Positions 46,659 through 55,201 of a stretch of 64,000 nucleotides of DNA are shown one piece after another (position 1 is the stretch's first letter; the number at the start of each line of letters is the position of its first letter). The stretch lies in IMG/VR virus record IMGVR_UViG_3300009130_000002, one strand, 5' to 3'. The notes below the pieces were generated by a model. That model did no database searches. It worked only from the letters and a program-made list of their open reading frames with translations, and was not told the origin of the DNA. The position numbers and the translations under genes were made by a program. The DNA is from a virus.

Positions 46659-47246
46659 TTATAAAAAATTCTGCCAATAATCATTTTGAACTCTATCAAA
46701 AGGTGTCCCTATATGTGATTTCCATTCTGGAGCAATAGGTTTTTTTAAAAGTTCCCATCCAAGTTGATCAAGTGTTTGACTTCCTTTCCTACCATTACAG
46801 TATTTGCAGGAAGTTACAACATTTTCCCAATTACTTTTTCCACCTTTACTCTTCGGATGTACGTGATCTAAAGTTTTAATACTTGTTTTGCAGTTTGTTC
46901 CACAATATTGGCACTTATTATTATCTCTTTTATAAATATTGTGTCGTGAATATTTAACTGTTTTAATGATGTCAATTCCTGCATTAGTATCTATTTTGAC
47001 AACACGAGGTATATAAATGCTAATAGAAGGAGAAGAGACCTTTCCAACATATTTTGAAGCTTCAAAAGGGAAACTATCTAATATTTTCGAATGCTCTACC
47101 CATTCTGTTAAATTTCTTACAGTGTACTGTTCATCTACTACGGTAGCTTTGCCAGTATATAGGGCGCAAATAGCATCTTTTGCTATCCCTACTTTTACAG
47201 CTAAAAAATACTTATTTAATATTAAAACTTCGCTACAGAGACTCAT
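46659..47246 (-). CDS. HNH endonuclease
   Basis: VLILN, RD..KCQYCG, TLDHVHPKSKGG...W.N.V..C..CN..KG. Confidence 0.9.
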   Translation of the reverse strand: MSLCSEVLILNKYFLAVKVGIAKDAICALYTGKATVVDEQYTVRNLTEWVEHSKILDSFPFEASKYVGKVSSPSISIYIPRVVKIDTNAGIDIIKTVKYSRHNIYKRDNNKCQYCGTNCKTSIKTLDHVHPKSKGGKSNWENVVTSCKYCNGRKGSQTLDQLGWELLKKPIAPEWKSHIGTPFDRVQNDYWQNFL

Positions 47247-48066
47247 ATCTTAATTTTTTGTGAAAAAAGTAATCGCTTAATTTATGGTAAGTAACTTCAT
47301 CAATAGATCTTATATAGGCTAAATATCCTCTTGTTACAGGATCTATTTCTTCTTTATTTAAGGCAAGAGTGTTTAACCTTGCTCTTATTAGTCTTTTTAT
47401 TTGTCTTCTAGAAATAGAATCAAGACTTACTCCTGCTACAATTTTAGCATCGTTATTGCCTCGACCATACCATTTTGTTTTCTTTTTATTGATTGGAAAG
47501 CCTGCGCTTTGAATCATTCCTTTGATTAACTCAATTAATCTCCATTCTCTTTCATTTGCTTTTGTAGATAAGTTTAAGTCGTCCATATATCTTGTATATG
47601 TGTAACCATTTCTACTAGCTGCTTGACTTACATAATAATCTACAGAAGTTAGAACAATATTGCATATAATTGGACTGGTTGGAGCCCCAGTTGGAAGCAT
47701 TCCTCTTCCTTGCCATTGAATAAAACAATAATCTAAATTATTTAGCATTTTTTGTTTAATAGCCCCATCTGGGAAATTATTATCAATAGCTTGATGTGCC
47801 ATAAATGGAGTAATATTTTGATAGCAATTAGAAATATCTACTTTCAATAGATATTTTGCTCCTAAATGAGGAAGGGCAGCGTCAATAGGACCACTTCCCT
47901 TTTTACAAGAGCAAGCCTCATGTAGGGGGAAATGTTCATAAAGTTCTATTAGAGATTTTTGTTTTTGTTTAAGTTCTAGAGAAGGTTGTTGAATTAATCT
48001 TTTCTTAGGAGAGTTCTTTTGACCGATGTAATAAATATCATAATTTTTTTGGATTCTTTCTTCCAT
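47233..48066 (-). CDS. Reverse transcriptase, retron-type
   Basis: R.I..P...LK..Q; DAALPH (NAxxH-like); KVDISNCY; LPTGAPTSP...N; YTRYMDDLNLS; N.KKT; VAGV (VTG-like). Confidence 0.88.
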   Translation of the reverse strand: MEERIQKNYDIYYIGQKNSPKKRLIQQPSLELKQKQKSLIELYEHFPLHEACSCKKGSGPIDAALPHLGAKYLLKVDISNCYQNITPFMAHQAIDNNFPDGAIKQKMLNNLDYCFIQWQGRGMLPTGAPTSPIICNIVLTSVDYYVSQAASRNGYTYTRYMDDLNLSTKANEREWRLIELIKGMIQSAGFPINKKKTKWYGRGNNDAKIVAGVSLDSISRRQIKRLIRARLNTLALNKEEIDPVTRGYLAYIRSIDEVTYHKLSDYFFHKKLRYESL

Positions 48067-48433
48067 TTGATGAATTTCTCTTTTGATAGTTATTATTTCC
48101 AGGTCTTTTGCCTTTTTTGAAATTTTGTTTTCTTCTTTTCTTTTTCAAAAAAGGTTTTCGTTCTTTTTTCTGCATTAATTCTTTTAATGAAGAGCCTGCT
48201 TTCGCAGCTTTTAGACCAGTAATTCTTTCGTAACAAATAGCACAAACGTTTATTTCTTTTGCTATTTCCCAACCTTCGATTTCTTCAACAATGCCTCTCT
48301 TTTTACCCTTTCTTATAATTCTCTTATAAGTTTTGGGTCTTCTTTCGACAATAATTGAATTTCTAGGCTGTCTAAGGGGAGTATTGGGAGTCCCCCCTTT
48401 TGATTTACAATGATGGGCTTGACATTTATACAC
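48038..48433 (-). CDS. Basic Cys-containing protein overlapping the RT start
   Basis: GTG start; CQAHHC...GWEIAKE..VCAIC; Lys/Arg-rich tail. Confidence 0.6.
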   Translation of the reverse strand: MYKCQAHHCKSKGGTPNTPLRQPRNSIIVERRPKTYKRIIRKGKKRGIVEEIEGWEIAKEINVCAICYERITGLKAAKAGSSLKELMQKKERKPFLKKKRRKQNFKKGKRPGNNNYQKRNSSNGRKNPKKL

Positions 48434-48961
48434 AATAATGATCTTTCTAAATCTAAATGACCCTGAGGGAGGGAAAAAGATTCAAAGTAAATTTAGTTCT
48501 AAAAGCAAAGGTGGTCAAGCTTTATTTTTAGAGTGACCCAAAATTTTCTTTGAATTTGTTCTTTTTCCGTCTGACTCAGTTTGTTTAGAATTGGCCAGGT
48601 TAGAATTAATTAATAAATTAATTAATTATTACCCTGTCCCCGGAAAATTAATTAGTTTTGAAAACAGTTTAAACTGAATTCCTCTACCGGTTAATTTCCG
48701 GGAATTAGTCCCGAAGAATTGGTTTCCCAAAATAGGATTTATATCCCAACTATGGGAAACCAATTCGGTTCGTAAGCTTACCTAGGTACCGGTACCTCCT
48801 CCTGATTAACCCCGATGGGTCTGCAGTAACTGGTAACCATGTCCTTAGGGTCTTAAAGAACTAAACCAAACTTTACCTAGATCATGAAGTAGGTTTCTTA
48901 CCTAGTTCATGATCTAGTCTTGTGATCATCAGCTTAGCGAATACGCTTAGCTATTCTTATT
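48434..48961 (-). ncRNA. Highly structured non-coding region upstream of the RT operon (candidate msr-msd ncRNA; alternatively an origin)
   Basis: At least six inverted repeats: 48472-48568, 48604-48627, 48639-48702, 48716-48766, 48784-48797, 48877-48917, 48931-48952; no ORF of 60 aa or more. Confidence 0.5.
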
Positions 48962-49405
48962 TTATTTAATTTTGTTCAATCCACAGGTGCATTTTGCTTT
49001 TCCGTGCAATCTGCCTACTGCTTTTTGCAGATAAATGTCGCAATTCGATTTGTGAGTTACAAAGGGAAGAATTCCTTGTCTATACTCTTTTTGTTCTTTG
49101 TTCTTTATTGTAATTTTTTGCTTTAAAGATTTGATATCTTTGGAAGCAATTTTAATAACTTCTACTAATTCTTGATTTTTTAATCTTTCATTAGTTAAGA
49201 GTTCTCTTAAGCTTATTACTTTTTGTTTATATTGATCAAGCATTGCAAAAGCTGAAGGGGGTGTGCTTTTCGGTAAACCAAACTCAGCTGCTAACAAACT
49301 AGAGGTATATTCCTTGTCATCTGGACTCCATTTCCAAGAATTAACAAATTGAGTTGGATTTCTAAATTCATTTTTTTCATAATCAAATGTTGTATAATTA
49401 CTCAT
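48962..49405 (-). CDS. Hypothetical coiled-coil protein
   Basis: Start moved to MSNY. Confidence 0.6.
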   Translation of the reverse strand: MSNYTTFDYEKNEFRNPTQFVNSWKWSPDDKEYTSSLLAAEFGLPKSTPPSAFAMLDQYKQKVISLRELLTNERLKNQELVEVIKIASKDIKSLKQKITIKNKEQKEYRQGILPFVTHKSNCDIYLQKAVGRLHGKAKCTCGLNKIK

Positions 49406-49760
49406 ATTTTGGACACCATGTGGAATGTGTTGTTTTTGCTTTTTCTCCTCCGCATTCACAGCGAGGATTAAACTTATCATTTTTTTCTTCAGCGAACCAA
49501 TCGATAATGCATTCTTGAAGAAAACCTGTTCGCTTCCATTGATGGGGACTATAGAATGTTGATTGTTTATTAGGAAATTTTACTGTTTTTAAAGTTTTAT
49601 TAGGAAATAATGAATCTACCAAAAAATAATATTCTGTTACTTCGGTAATTACGCCTTCTGCCCAATCTCCTGATTGACCAAAATCCCTATTGTTGAGCCA
49701 TCGAGGTTTATATCCATTAGGATCAACTTCGAATTTAACATAATCACCTTCTCTAAACAT
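49398..49760 (-). CDS. Hypothetical protein (SH3/KOW-like start, C-terminal Cys motif)
   Basis: F.EGDYV; CECG.....HS.WCP. Confidence 0.65.
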   Translation of the reverse strand: MFREGDYVKFEVDPNGYKPRWLNNRDFGQSGDWAEGVITEVTEYYFLVDSLFPNKTLKTVKFPNKQSTFYSPHQWKRTGFLQECIIDWFAEEKNDKFNPRCECGGEKAKTTHSTWCPKYE

Positions 49761-49772
49761 TTTACTCTCTTT

Positions 49773-50069
49773 TCATATGAGCCATGAGTCCCAACTATCA
49801 TCTGCTTGTTGTTGTTCATCTAGATAGTCTTGTAATAATTTATAACCATTAACATCTGGAGGTTTTAAATCATCAGAACTTTTCTTTTTTAATTTGACTG
49901 GCTTATCAGTTACCTCATTTCTGAAACATTTAACTGGATTTCCGTCATAATCATGAACTTTAACTAAAATATAACTTTCAGTGGAAAGAATTCGACCTTC
50001 CTTTCCTCCTAAGTTTGTGTTTTTATCCCAAAATGGATCTTTTAAATATACCCTATCTCCTTTTTTCAT
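49773..50069 (-). CDS. KOW/SH3-like small protein
   Basis: MKKGDRV......G..G.I. Confidence 0.6.
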   Translation of the reverse strand: MKKGDRVYLKDPFWDKNTNLGGKEGRILSTESYILVKVHDYDGNPVKCFRNEVTDKPVKLKKKSSDDLKPPDVNGYKLLQDYLDEQQQADDSWDSWLI

Positions 50070-50110
50070 TACTTACCCCCTGTAAGTTAATGATAAAATA
50101 AGGATTAGAG

Positions 50111-50566
50111 TTATTCAACTAGATTTTGGAATCTATTTTTCTGGTTTGTGGTCATTTTCTGTTTTGCTTTTGGAAGTTCTTGAAATAGAGCTTCAATAGG
50201 CAAGGATTCATCTATTGTCTTATTCGGAGTGCGTGTATCGGGCGCATCAAGGACGACAGTGCTTGCAAAGATCGTATCTTTGAAAGTAACATAGCCCTTC
50301 TGCAATTTTGATTCTTTTAATCTTTTTGCAGATCTTTTTGCTGCCATTTCGGTAAAGAAAATACCTTTATGAGCAATAATTGGCTTATTCGCAGTCTTTT
50401 TTCCAAAGAATGTATAGATTTGAAAACCATCTTGAGAAGCTAATTTTTCTTGCCCAATGATAGCTTCTCCTCTTTTTAGTTTCTGAATGAATATAGTATA
50501 AAATTTATTTGAACCGTCTGTAACCTTATGAAGGTTCGCATAAGGAGCCTGGATTTTTTCTGTCAT
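50111..50566 (-). CDS. WGR-domain-like protein
   Basis: SNKFYTI, FFGK, A.R....K..KGY. Confidence 0.6.
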   Translation of the reverse strand: MTEKIQAPYANLHKVTDGSNKFYTIFIQKLKRGEAIIGQEKLASQDGFQIYTFFGKKTANKPIIAHKGIFFTEMAAKRSAKRLKESKLQKGYVTFKDTIFASTVVLDAPDTRTPNKTIDESLPIEALFQELPKAKQKMTTNQKNRFQNLVE

Positions 50567-50627
50567 TAAAACACTCCCGCGTTACCATTGTTCGAATGGA
50601 TAAAAAAATAAAAAAAAATTGATTTGA

Positions 50628-50719
50628 AAATTGAGTTAGGGATGAACTAGAAGAAAAAGTTTCTAGTCCATCCCATCTCGTCCTCATTATTAAGTCTGAG
50701 GAGGACTATAACTCAATTT
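50628..50719 (-). ncRNA. Three-way-junction RNA-like element
   Basis: P1 50628-38/50709-19 (11 bp), P2 50680-85/50701-06, P3 50639-52/50661-74 (14 bp; its single mismatch is G-U only on the - strand). Confidence 0.5.
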
Positions 50720-50792
50720 ATTTCCATCAAATGTTCATGATCTAAACTTGACGAAGCATCAAGCTTTATTCGCTACCAGATACTTGAATTAA

Positions 50793-51023
50793 TTAATAAT
50801 TACAAATACCTGTTACTTCCCCTTTATTCATTTGAACAAATGGAAGATAAAAGCCTCTAGTAAGATTCCCTTTTACGGTTCTTACTGTTCCGGCAGAAAC
50901 CTCTAATTTCGAGGTAATGGATTCAGTATCCTTGCCCTTAATAAGCATCTTAATGATCTTACAGGAGGCTGGATATTTTTTAGTAAATTCTGTACGTGTT
51001 TGTCTTAAAGTTTTATTAGACAT
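50793..51023 (-). CDS. Small HTH DNA-binding protein
   Basis: LIKG.DTESI...LEVS.GTVRTVK (LuxR/sigma4-like HTH). Confidence 0.6.
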   Translation of the reverse strand: MSNKTLRQTRTEFTKKYPASCKIIKMLIKGKDTESITSKLEVSAGTVRTVKGNLTRGFYLPFVQMNKGEVTGICNY

Positions 51024-51034
51024 ATAAAGTTCCT

Positions 51035-51856
51035 TTAGTTAAATAATTGTATTCTCTTGTTAATTACAAGATCTAATATTGAAGATAAGATATCTTTTGA
51101 GCAAGTATCTGGTAAGCGAGTTGTAATTGAAGCCTTATTGACTTCATCTATTAGAAATTCCATTTCTTTTGCAGTCCCTGTAATTTCTTTTTCTGTCAAT
51201 TTTGTTTTGTTATAATGAGAAGTTTTATAATTGTAAAATACCTGTTTACCAATAGGAAGTTTAGCGTATTGAGGATATTCTTCCCAAATTGAGTTAAAGT
51301 TTACAATATATTCTTCTTCTCTTAGAAAAATAATAGCCTGAAGCAATCTATAATAAGACATGATTATTTTTCTTTGATCTGTTCTATCTTTTTGCCAATT
51401 GTTTAAAACATATGTTTTGGCAGATTTCCCAATTTTACTAGTGATTCCTTTTTGAAAAAGATCAGAGATATCTTTTAAATCAGGATCTCTATAAAATGAA
51501 GAAAGATATAAAATATCATATGCAACAATAGAACCTTTTAAATATAGAGATAAAAATTTCCAAACTTCAAAGGATGTTATGCTGAATTTTTTATTTTTAT
51601 TATCTTCAGGAACTAACTTAAGATCTTTATCAAATGACATTCTTACAATGTCTTTTGTTTGTTTGAATTCTGGATGTTGTAAATAATCTTTAGTATTTTC
51701 AATATGAATTCCCGCAAATTCTTCATTGGTTTTAAATGATAAACCATAAACATTAGAACCTGTTTTGCTAAAAGACAAAGGGGGATTTTTTTTAAAGAAT
51801 GTATTTTGAGTAATAAAATCTGTAAATTCTAAATTAGAAATTGTTTTTTGTGTCAT
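51035..51856 (-). CDS. Pol-beta-superfamily nucleotidyltransferase-like protein (Nuc-transf/RlaP-like), catalytic Asp residues apparently lost
   Basis: GS.VYGL, FE..KF..L..KG, YRLL; the expected SDxD reads TNEE. Confidence 0.55.
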   Translation of the reverse strand: MTQKTISNLEFTDFITQNTFFKKNPPLSFSKTGSNVYGLSFKTNEEFAGIHIENTKDYLQHPEFKQTKDIVRMSFDKDLKLVPEDNKNKKFSITSFEVWKFLSLYLKGSIVAYDILYLSSFYRDPDLKDISDLFQKGITSKIGKSAKTYVLNNWQKDRTDQRKIIMSYYRLLQAIIFLREEEYIVNFNSIWEEYPQYAKLPIGKQVFYNYKTSHYNKTKLTEKEITGTAKEMEFLIDEVNKASITTRLPDTCSKDILSSILDLVINKRIQLFN

Positions 51857-51872
51857 GAGAGTTGTTACTTTA

Positions 51873-52046
51873 TTATGTAATTTTAAGAGAATTCATAACT
51901 TCGATTAAGTTATTTCGTTTCTCCAGAAGAGAAGAGAGTTCTTTTTGCAAGATTTCCCTCTTCTCTTCTGTGAGAAAAAAGTCGAATTCCAACCTATGGG
52001 TTATTGAAAGTATTCTGCTTGTCAATTGCCTCAAGGTTAGTTCCAC
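51873..52046 (-). CDS. Small coiled-coil protein (57 aa, not in ORF track)
   Basis: AAGGA-N6-GTG; MELTLRQLTSRILSITHRLEFDFFLTEEKREILQKELSSLLEKRNNLIEVMNSLKIT*. Confidence 0.5.
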   Translation of the reverse strand: MELTLRQLTSRILSITHRLEFDFFLTEEKREILQKELSSLLEKRNNLIEVMNSLKIT

Positions 52047-52055
52047 TTTTATTCC

Positions 52056-52403
52056 TTAGAAAGGAACATTTTGTTGATTAAAGTTAGATGGAGATTGTGG
52101 TTGAGTTGTATTTCCAGTCACTGAATTATATTTTTCAATTACCATTTGGGTTACTTTTGTCTGAAAATCAGCATCTTTAATTACCCAAGAAGGATAGAAA
52201 ACTTGTTCGGTTCCACCTTCTTCATTTTTCTTCTCACCAAATCGTCCGTCTGCACCTACAAACAAACCATTCTTTCCATTCCAAAGTTTACCATTTAAAT
52301 GAACGCTGTCATTATAGGTAATGCGACAATTTGCCTTTAATTTAGAACCTGGTTTTGGATTCTTAAGAGGCCAAACTTGCACTTCTGTTACTTCTAAAGT
52401 CAT
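52056..52403 (-). CDS. SpoVG-like nucleic-acid-binding protein
   Basis: EVT.V.V.P......LKA...IT..D.....G......NGLFV......K.....F.P. Confidence 0.7.
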   Translation of the reverse strand: MTLEVTEVQVWPLKNPKPGSKLKANCRITYNDSVHLNGKLWNGKNGLFVGADGRFGEKKNEEGGTEQVFYPSWVIKDADFQTKVTQMVIEKYNSVTGNTTQPQSPSNFNQQNVPF

Positions 52404-52414
52404 TTTTATTTCCT

Positions 52415-53191
52415 TTACTTAAAATGTGCTCTGTAATCTTCTAAATAACCGAGCACTCTTATCGCATAATCTTTTGTTTCCTCTGGATAATTACGATATT
52501 CTTTAGCTAATACTTTTGCAACATAATTTGGACCTGCATTATAAGCTCTAATGGCAAGATCAATATTTTCATCAAATTTTGTTAGCATTTTTCTAAGATA
52601 AAATGTTCCGAATTGAACATTTGTACCAATGTGATAAATATTTGTATATCTTTTTCCGATATCCCCAGCACATTCTCTAGCTGTTCCTGGCATTAACTGC
52701 ATTAAGCCTTGGGCTCCTGCATGAGATACTGCCTTAGGATTAAAAGCTGATTCCTGTGTTGTTACTGCAAGTATAAGTGGAATTTCTACATCATATTCAG
52801 CAGAAAAATCAACAACTGCAGTTGCATATCGAGTTAAATCAACAATATTCATATATTTTTTATATTTTTTATTATTTATAAAATTCTTAGTAATAAGTCT
52901 AACTTTTTTAATTTTAGCCCATCGTTTACTTTTAGAATTTATTGCAACATCTATTGAGTTTATTTTATTATTCAAGAGATTTTGTTCTTTTTCAAAACTG
53001 TCTCTATTATTTTGAAGAAGATCAGATAATTCAGTTACTTTTAAATGAATATCTTGAATTTCTTGTTGATTATCTATTAGAGAATTTTTTTTATATTCTT
53101 CTATTTGTTTTTGTTGAGTATTGTAAACAGCATAGAACAATATAGACATAATAGTAATTACAACTATTAGATCGATTTTGCTTTTGATCAT
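52415..53191 (-). CDS. Membrane-anchored lytic transglycosylase (SLT domain)
   Basis: QESAFNPKAVS.AGA.GLMQLMP.TA, N...G..YL..ML, AYNAGP, ET..Y. Confidence 0.92.
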   Translation of the reverse strand: MIKSKIDLIVVITIMSILFYAVYNTQQKQIEEYKKNSLIDNQQEIQDIHLKVTELSDLLQNNRDSFEKEQNLLNNKINSIDVAINSKSKRWAKIKKVRLITKNFINNKKYKKYMNIVDLTRYATAVVDFSAEYDVEIPLILAVTTQESAFNPKAVSHAGAQGLMQLMPGTARECAGDIGKRYTNIYHIGTNVQFGTFYLRKMLTKFDENIDLAIRAYNAGPNYVAKVLAKEYRNYPEETKDYAIRVLGYLEDYRAHFK

Positions 53192-53205
53192 GTTGTTTCT
53201 TTATT

Positions 53206-53577
53206 TTAATGAAATGTTTTCAAAGCTTCAGGATTTGCAAGTAGAAAATTCTTTCTATGAAAAGTTAGAACTTTAAGAAAGTGATTAACTCTATTTTCCT
53301 CTTTTTCAAAATGATCTAAAGGATCTTTTGGGATATAAGCTACATTTTTAGACCAATTAACAAAATCTGTAGGATTACATTCGCTAATAGTTTTATTTAA
53401 AAATTTACTTGCACTAGTTTTATCAGGGATAGATAAAACAATATCTCCCATTCTAGTTTGAGGTTTTTTCTTAACTTTAGGTTCTTTGGCTTTTACGCTT
53501 TTGCAACTTTTAATTTTTGCATTTGCGATATCACTAAAATCTAAATCAAGTTCAGACTTATCCTTTTTGGACATCAT
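53206..53577 (-). CDS. Hypothetical basic protein
   Basis: Co-oriented ORF. Confidence 0.6.
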   Translation of the reverse strand: MMSKKDKSELDLDFSDIANAKIKSCKSVKAKEPKVKKKPQTRMGDIVLSIPDKTSASKFLNKTISECNPTDFVNWSKNVAYIPKDPLDHFEKEENRVNHFLKVLTFHRKNFLLANPEALKTFH

Positions 53578-54982
53578 TTTGTTTCTTTCTTTCTAGCTTA
53601 TTAAGCATATTGAATATTTCACCTTTACACATTCTATAGTAAAACCAAATGACTTGCCATTCTTCTTTTAGAATTTTAGTCAAGCCTTTGATTTCAATAT
53701 TTCTTAGAGTTTTTCCAAGATTTGTTAGAATATCTGAATCTAATGATTCTAATGCAGAATGCAAGGTAGTTTCAATAAGATCAAGAACTTTTTGAGTTTG
53801 AATATTTTGAGTTAATTTCTTAGGATTTAATAAATCATTTTTACGTAATTGAGTAATATTATCAAATGGTCTTGCAAACCAAATTTGTCTTGCTTGCTTA
53901 TCTGTAATGTTTAAGTACTTTTTAAGGTCTGAAATTGAAGCTTTATTCAAATTCAAGTCTTTGAACATAATTGTTGGTGCAAATTTTCTTTTCAAGCCTT
54001 TATATCTTAACCAATGTGAAGAATCTGTTTGGTCAAGATACTTAGAATACATTAATGAACCAAATTTCTTTATAGAAGAATAAGGCTGATTTCCTTTTTT
54101 GAATTCTTTTATCCAAGCATCTTCATTAAGATTGATTAATTTATGTATTGGATTCTTATTTCTAGTTTTTCTTGCTTGCTCTTGATAAGTTTGACAGTAA
54201 TCCTGATCTATCTTTTCTAAAGCCTCAATTATTGTCCCCTCAGGGCTCATGAGTTGCATTCCTAGGAAGTTACGACCAGAAGCTAACTCAACTATCATAT
54301 TCTGTAAACAAGAGCGTGTATAGGCAGATTTGAAAGTCATTTGATCTAATAACTCTTCTGCCCATTCTGCAAAATCTTCAGTAATAGTATCCCAATCTCT
54401 ATTTATTATTTGAAGAACTTGCTCTATTTTTGATTTATCTGGATGATATTCTGGAATGTAGTCATAAAGAAAAGTTTTTGACTCCCCCATATAGATATAT
54501 AGTGGTTTTGGAGTAGAAGGAACGTCCCAATGCTTATGCATTTGTGGGAACTTTTCCCAGTCATGATAAGGAATTGGAATACCAACATCAGCAATATCTT
54601 CTGATTTTTGTCTACGTTCTACTTCTTTATCAAATTCTTCTCTTAAGACTTTGATATATTCTGGATCTATATCTTTATTTTTAAAATTATTTAAAACTTT
54701 CGCTTTAAAAGCTGCATCTAGGTTTTCTTCAGATCCTAAATTGAAGGGATCTGTGTCTCTTTGAAAAGGATTATCTTCTATTCTGAAGATTGCTCCTGTA
54801 TTAGACATATGAAGCAACAAATCCCATAATTGTCTTTGTGCACTAGATAGTGATTGAACGTGTTCTAAAACTGCATCTCCAATAGATGCCAAGTAATTAT
54901 CTTCATCAGAGCCCCCCTCTTGAGCCGGTAGATTAAAAATTAAATCATTTTCATTCTCTTTTTCCTCTAATAAATTTTTCAC
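53558..54982 (-). CDS. Large protein with C-terminal helix-hairpin-helix (ComEA-like) motif
   Basis: LNLNKAS..DL......I....A..I...RPF..I..L. Confidence 0.6.
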   Translation of the reverse strand: MKNLLEEKENENDLIFNLPAQEGGSDEDNYLASIGDAVLEHVQSLSSAQRQLWDLLLHMSNTGAIFRIEDNPFQRDTDPFNLGSEENLDAAFKAKVLNNFKNKDIDPEYIKVLREEFDKEVERRQKSEDIADVGIPIPYHDWEKFPQMHKHWDVPSTPKPLYIYMGESKTFLYDYIPEYHPDKSKIEQVLQIINRDWDTITEDFAEWAEELLDQMTFKSAYTRSCLQNMIVELASGRNFLGMQLMSPEGTIIEALEKIDQDYCQTYQEQARKTRNKNPIHKLINLNEDAWIKEFKKGNQPYSSIKKFGSLMYSKYLDQTDSSHWLRYKGLKRKFAPTIMFKDLNLNKASISDLKKYLNITDKQARQIWFARPFDNITQLRKNDLLNPKKLTQNIQTQKVLDLIETTLHSALESLDSDILTNLGKTLRNIEIKGLTKILKEEWQVIWFYYRMCKGEIFNMLNKLERKKQNDVQKG

Positions 54983-55020
54983 TAAGTAATTTCCTTTAAG
55001 ATTTGAACAGAAAGTTTGAA

Positions 55021-55149
55021 AATCAAAAATACCCTAAAAAACCAATAAAGAAGAAGACCTTTAACAGATTGCTCTATTAAAGGTCGAATTTCTCTTTACA
55101 AATAACTACAACTTCTAGTTCCCAATAGAAAGTTATTTGTTTTTTGATT
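55021..55149 (-). ncRNA. Multi-stem leader structure upstream of 53558-54982
   Basis: P1 55021-29/55141-49; 10-bp stem 55098-107/55131-140; 13-bp GCAA-capped hairpin 55056-55085. Confidence 0.45.
55056..55085 (-). terminator. GNRA-capped hairpin followed by U-rich run (possible terminator/attenuator)
   Basis: GACCUUUAAUAGA-GCAA-UCUGUUAAAGGUC then UUCUUCUUUAUU on the - strand. Confidence 0.45.
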
Positions 55150-55201
55150 CTCCCCCCCAACTGTTCTGAATTCATGTCAAATCATGGGGATACCATTTTA
55201 T

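Noticed and set aside
47233-48961. Diversity-generating retroelement (YMDD RT, fibre genes in window)
   Set aside because: The RT has LPTGAPTSP rather than the DGR-type PIGNLTSQ. There is no Avd-like gene, and I found no template/variable repeat pair between the gap and any gene end.
48434-48961. CRISPR-like or regularly spaced repeat array beside the RT
   Set aside because: Only short recurrences (TTACCTAG at 48778, 48873, 48898; AGAATTGG at 48587, 48715) with irregular spacing; the structure is inverted, not direct, repeats.
50680-50720. Hammerhead ribozyme (CTGAGGAG on the + strand in a three-stem element)
   Set aside because: No GAAA core element after a stem II, and the G-U wobble favours the opposite strand.
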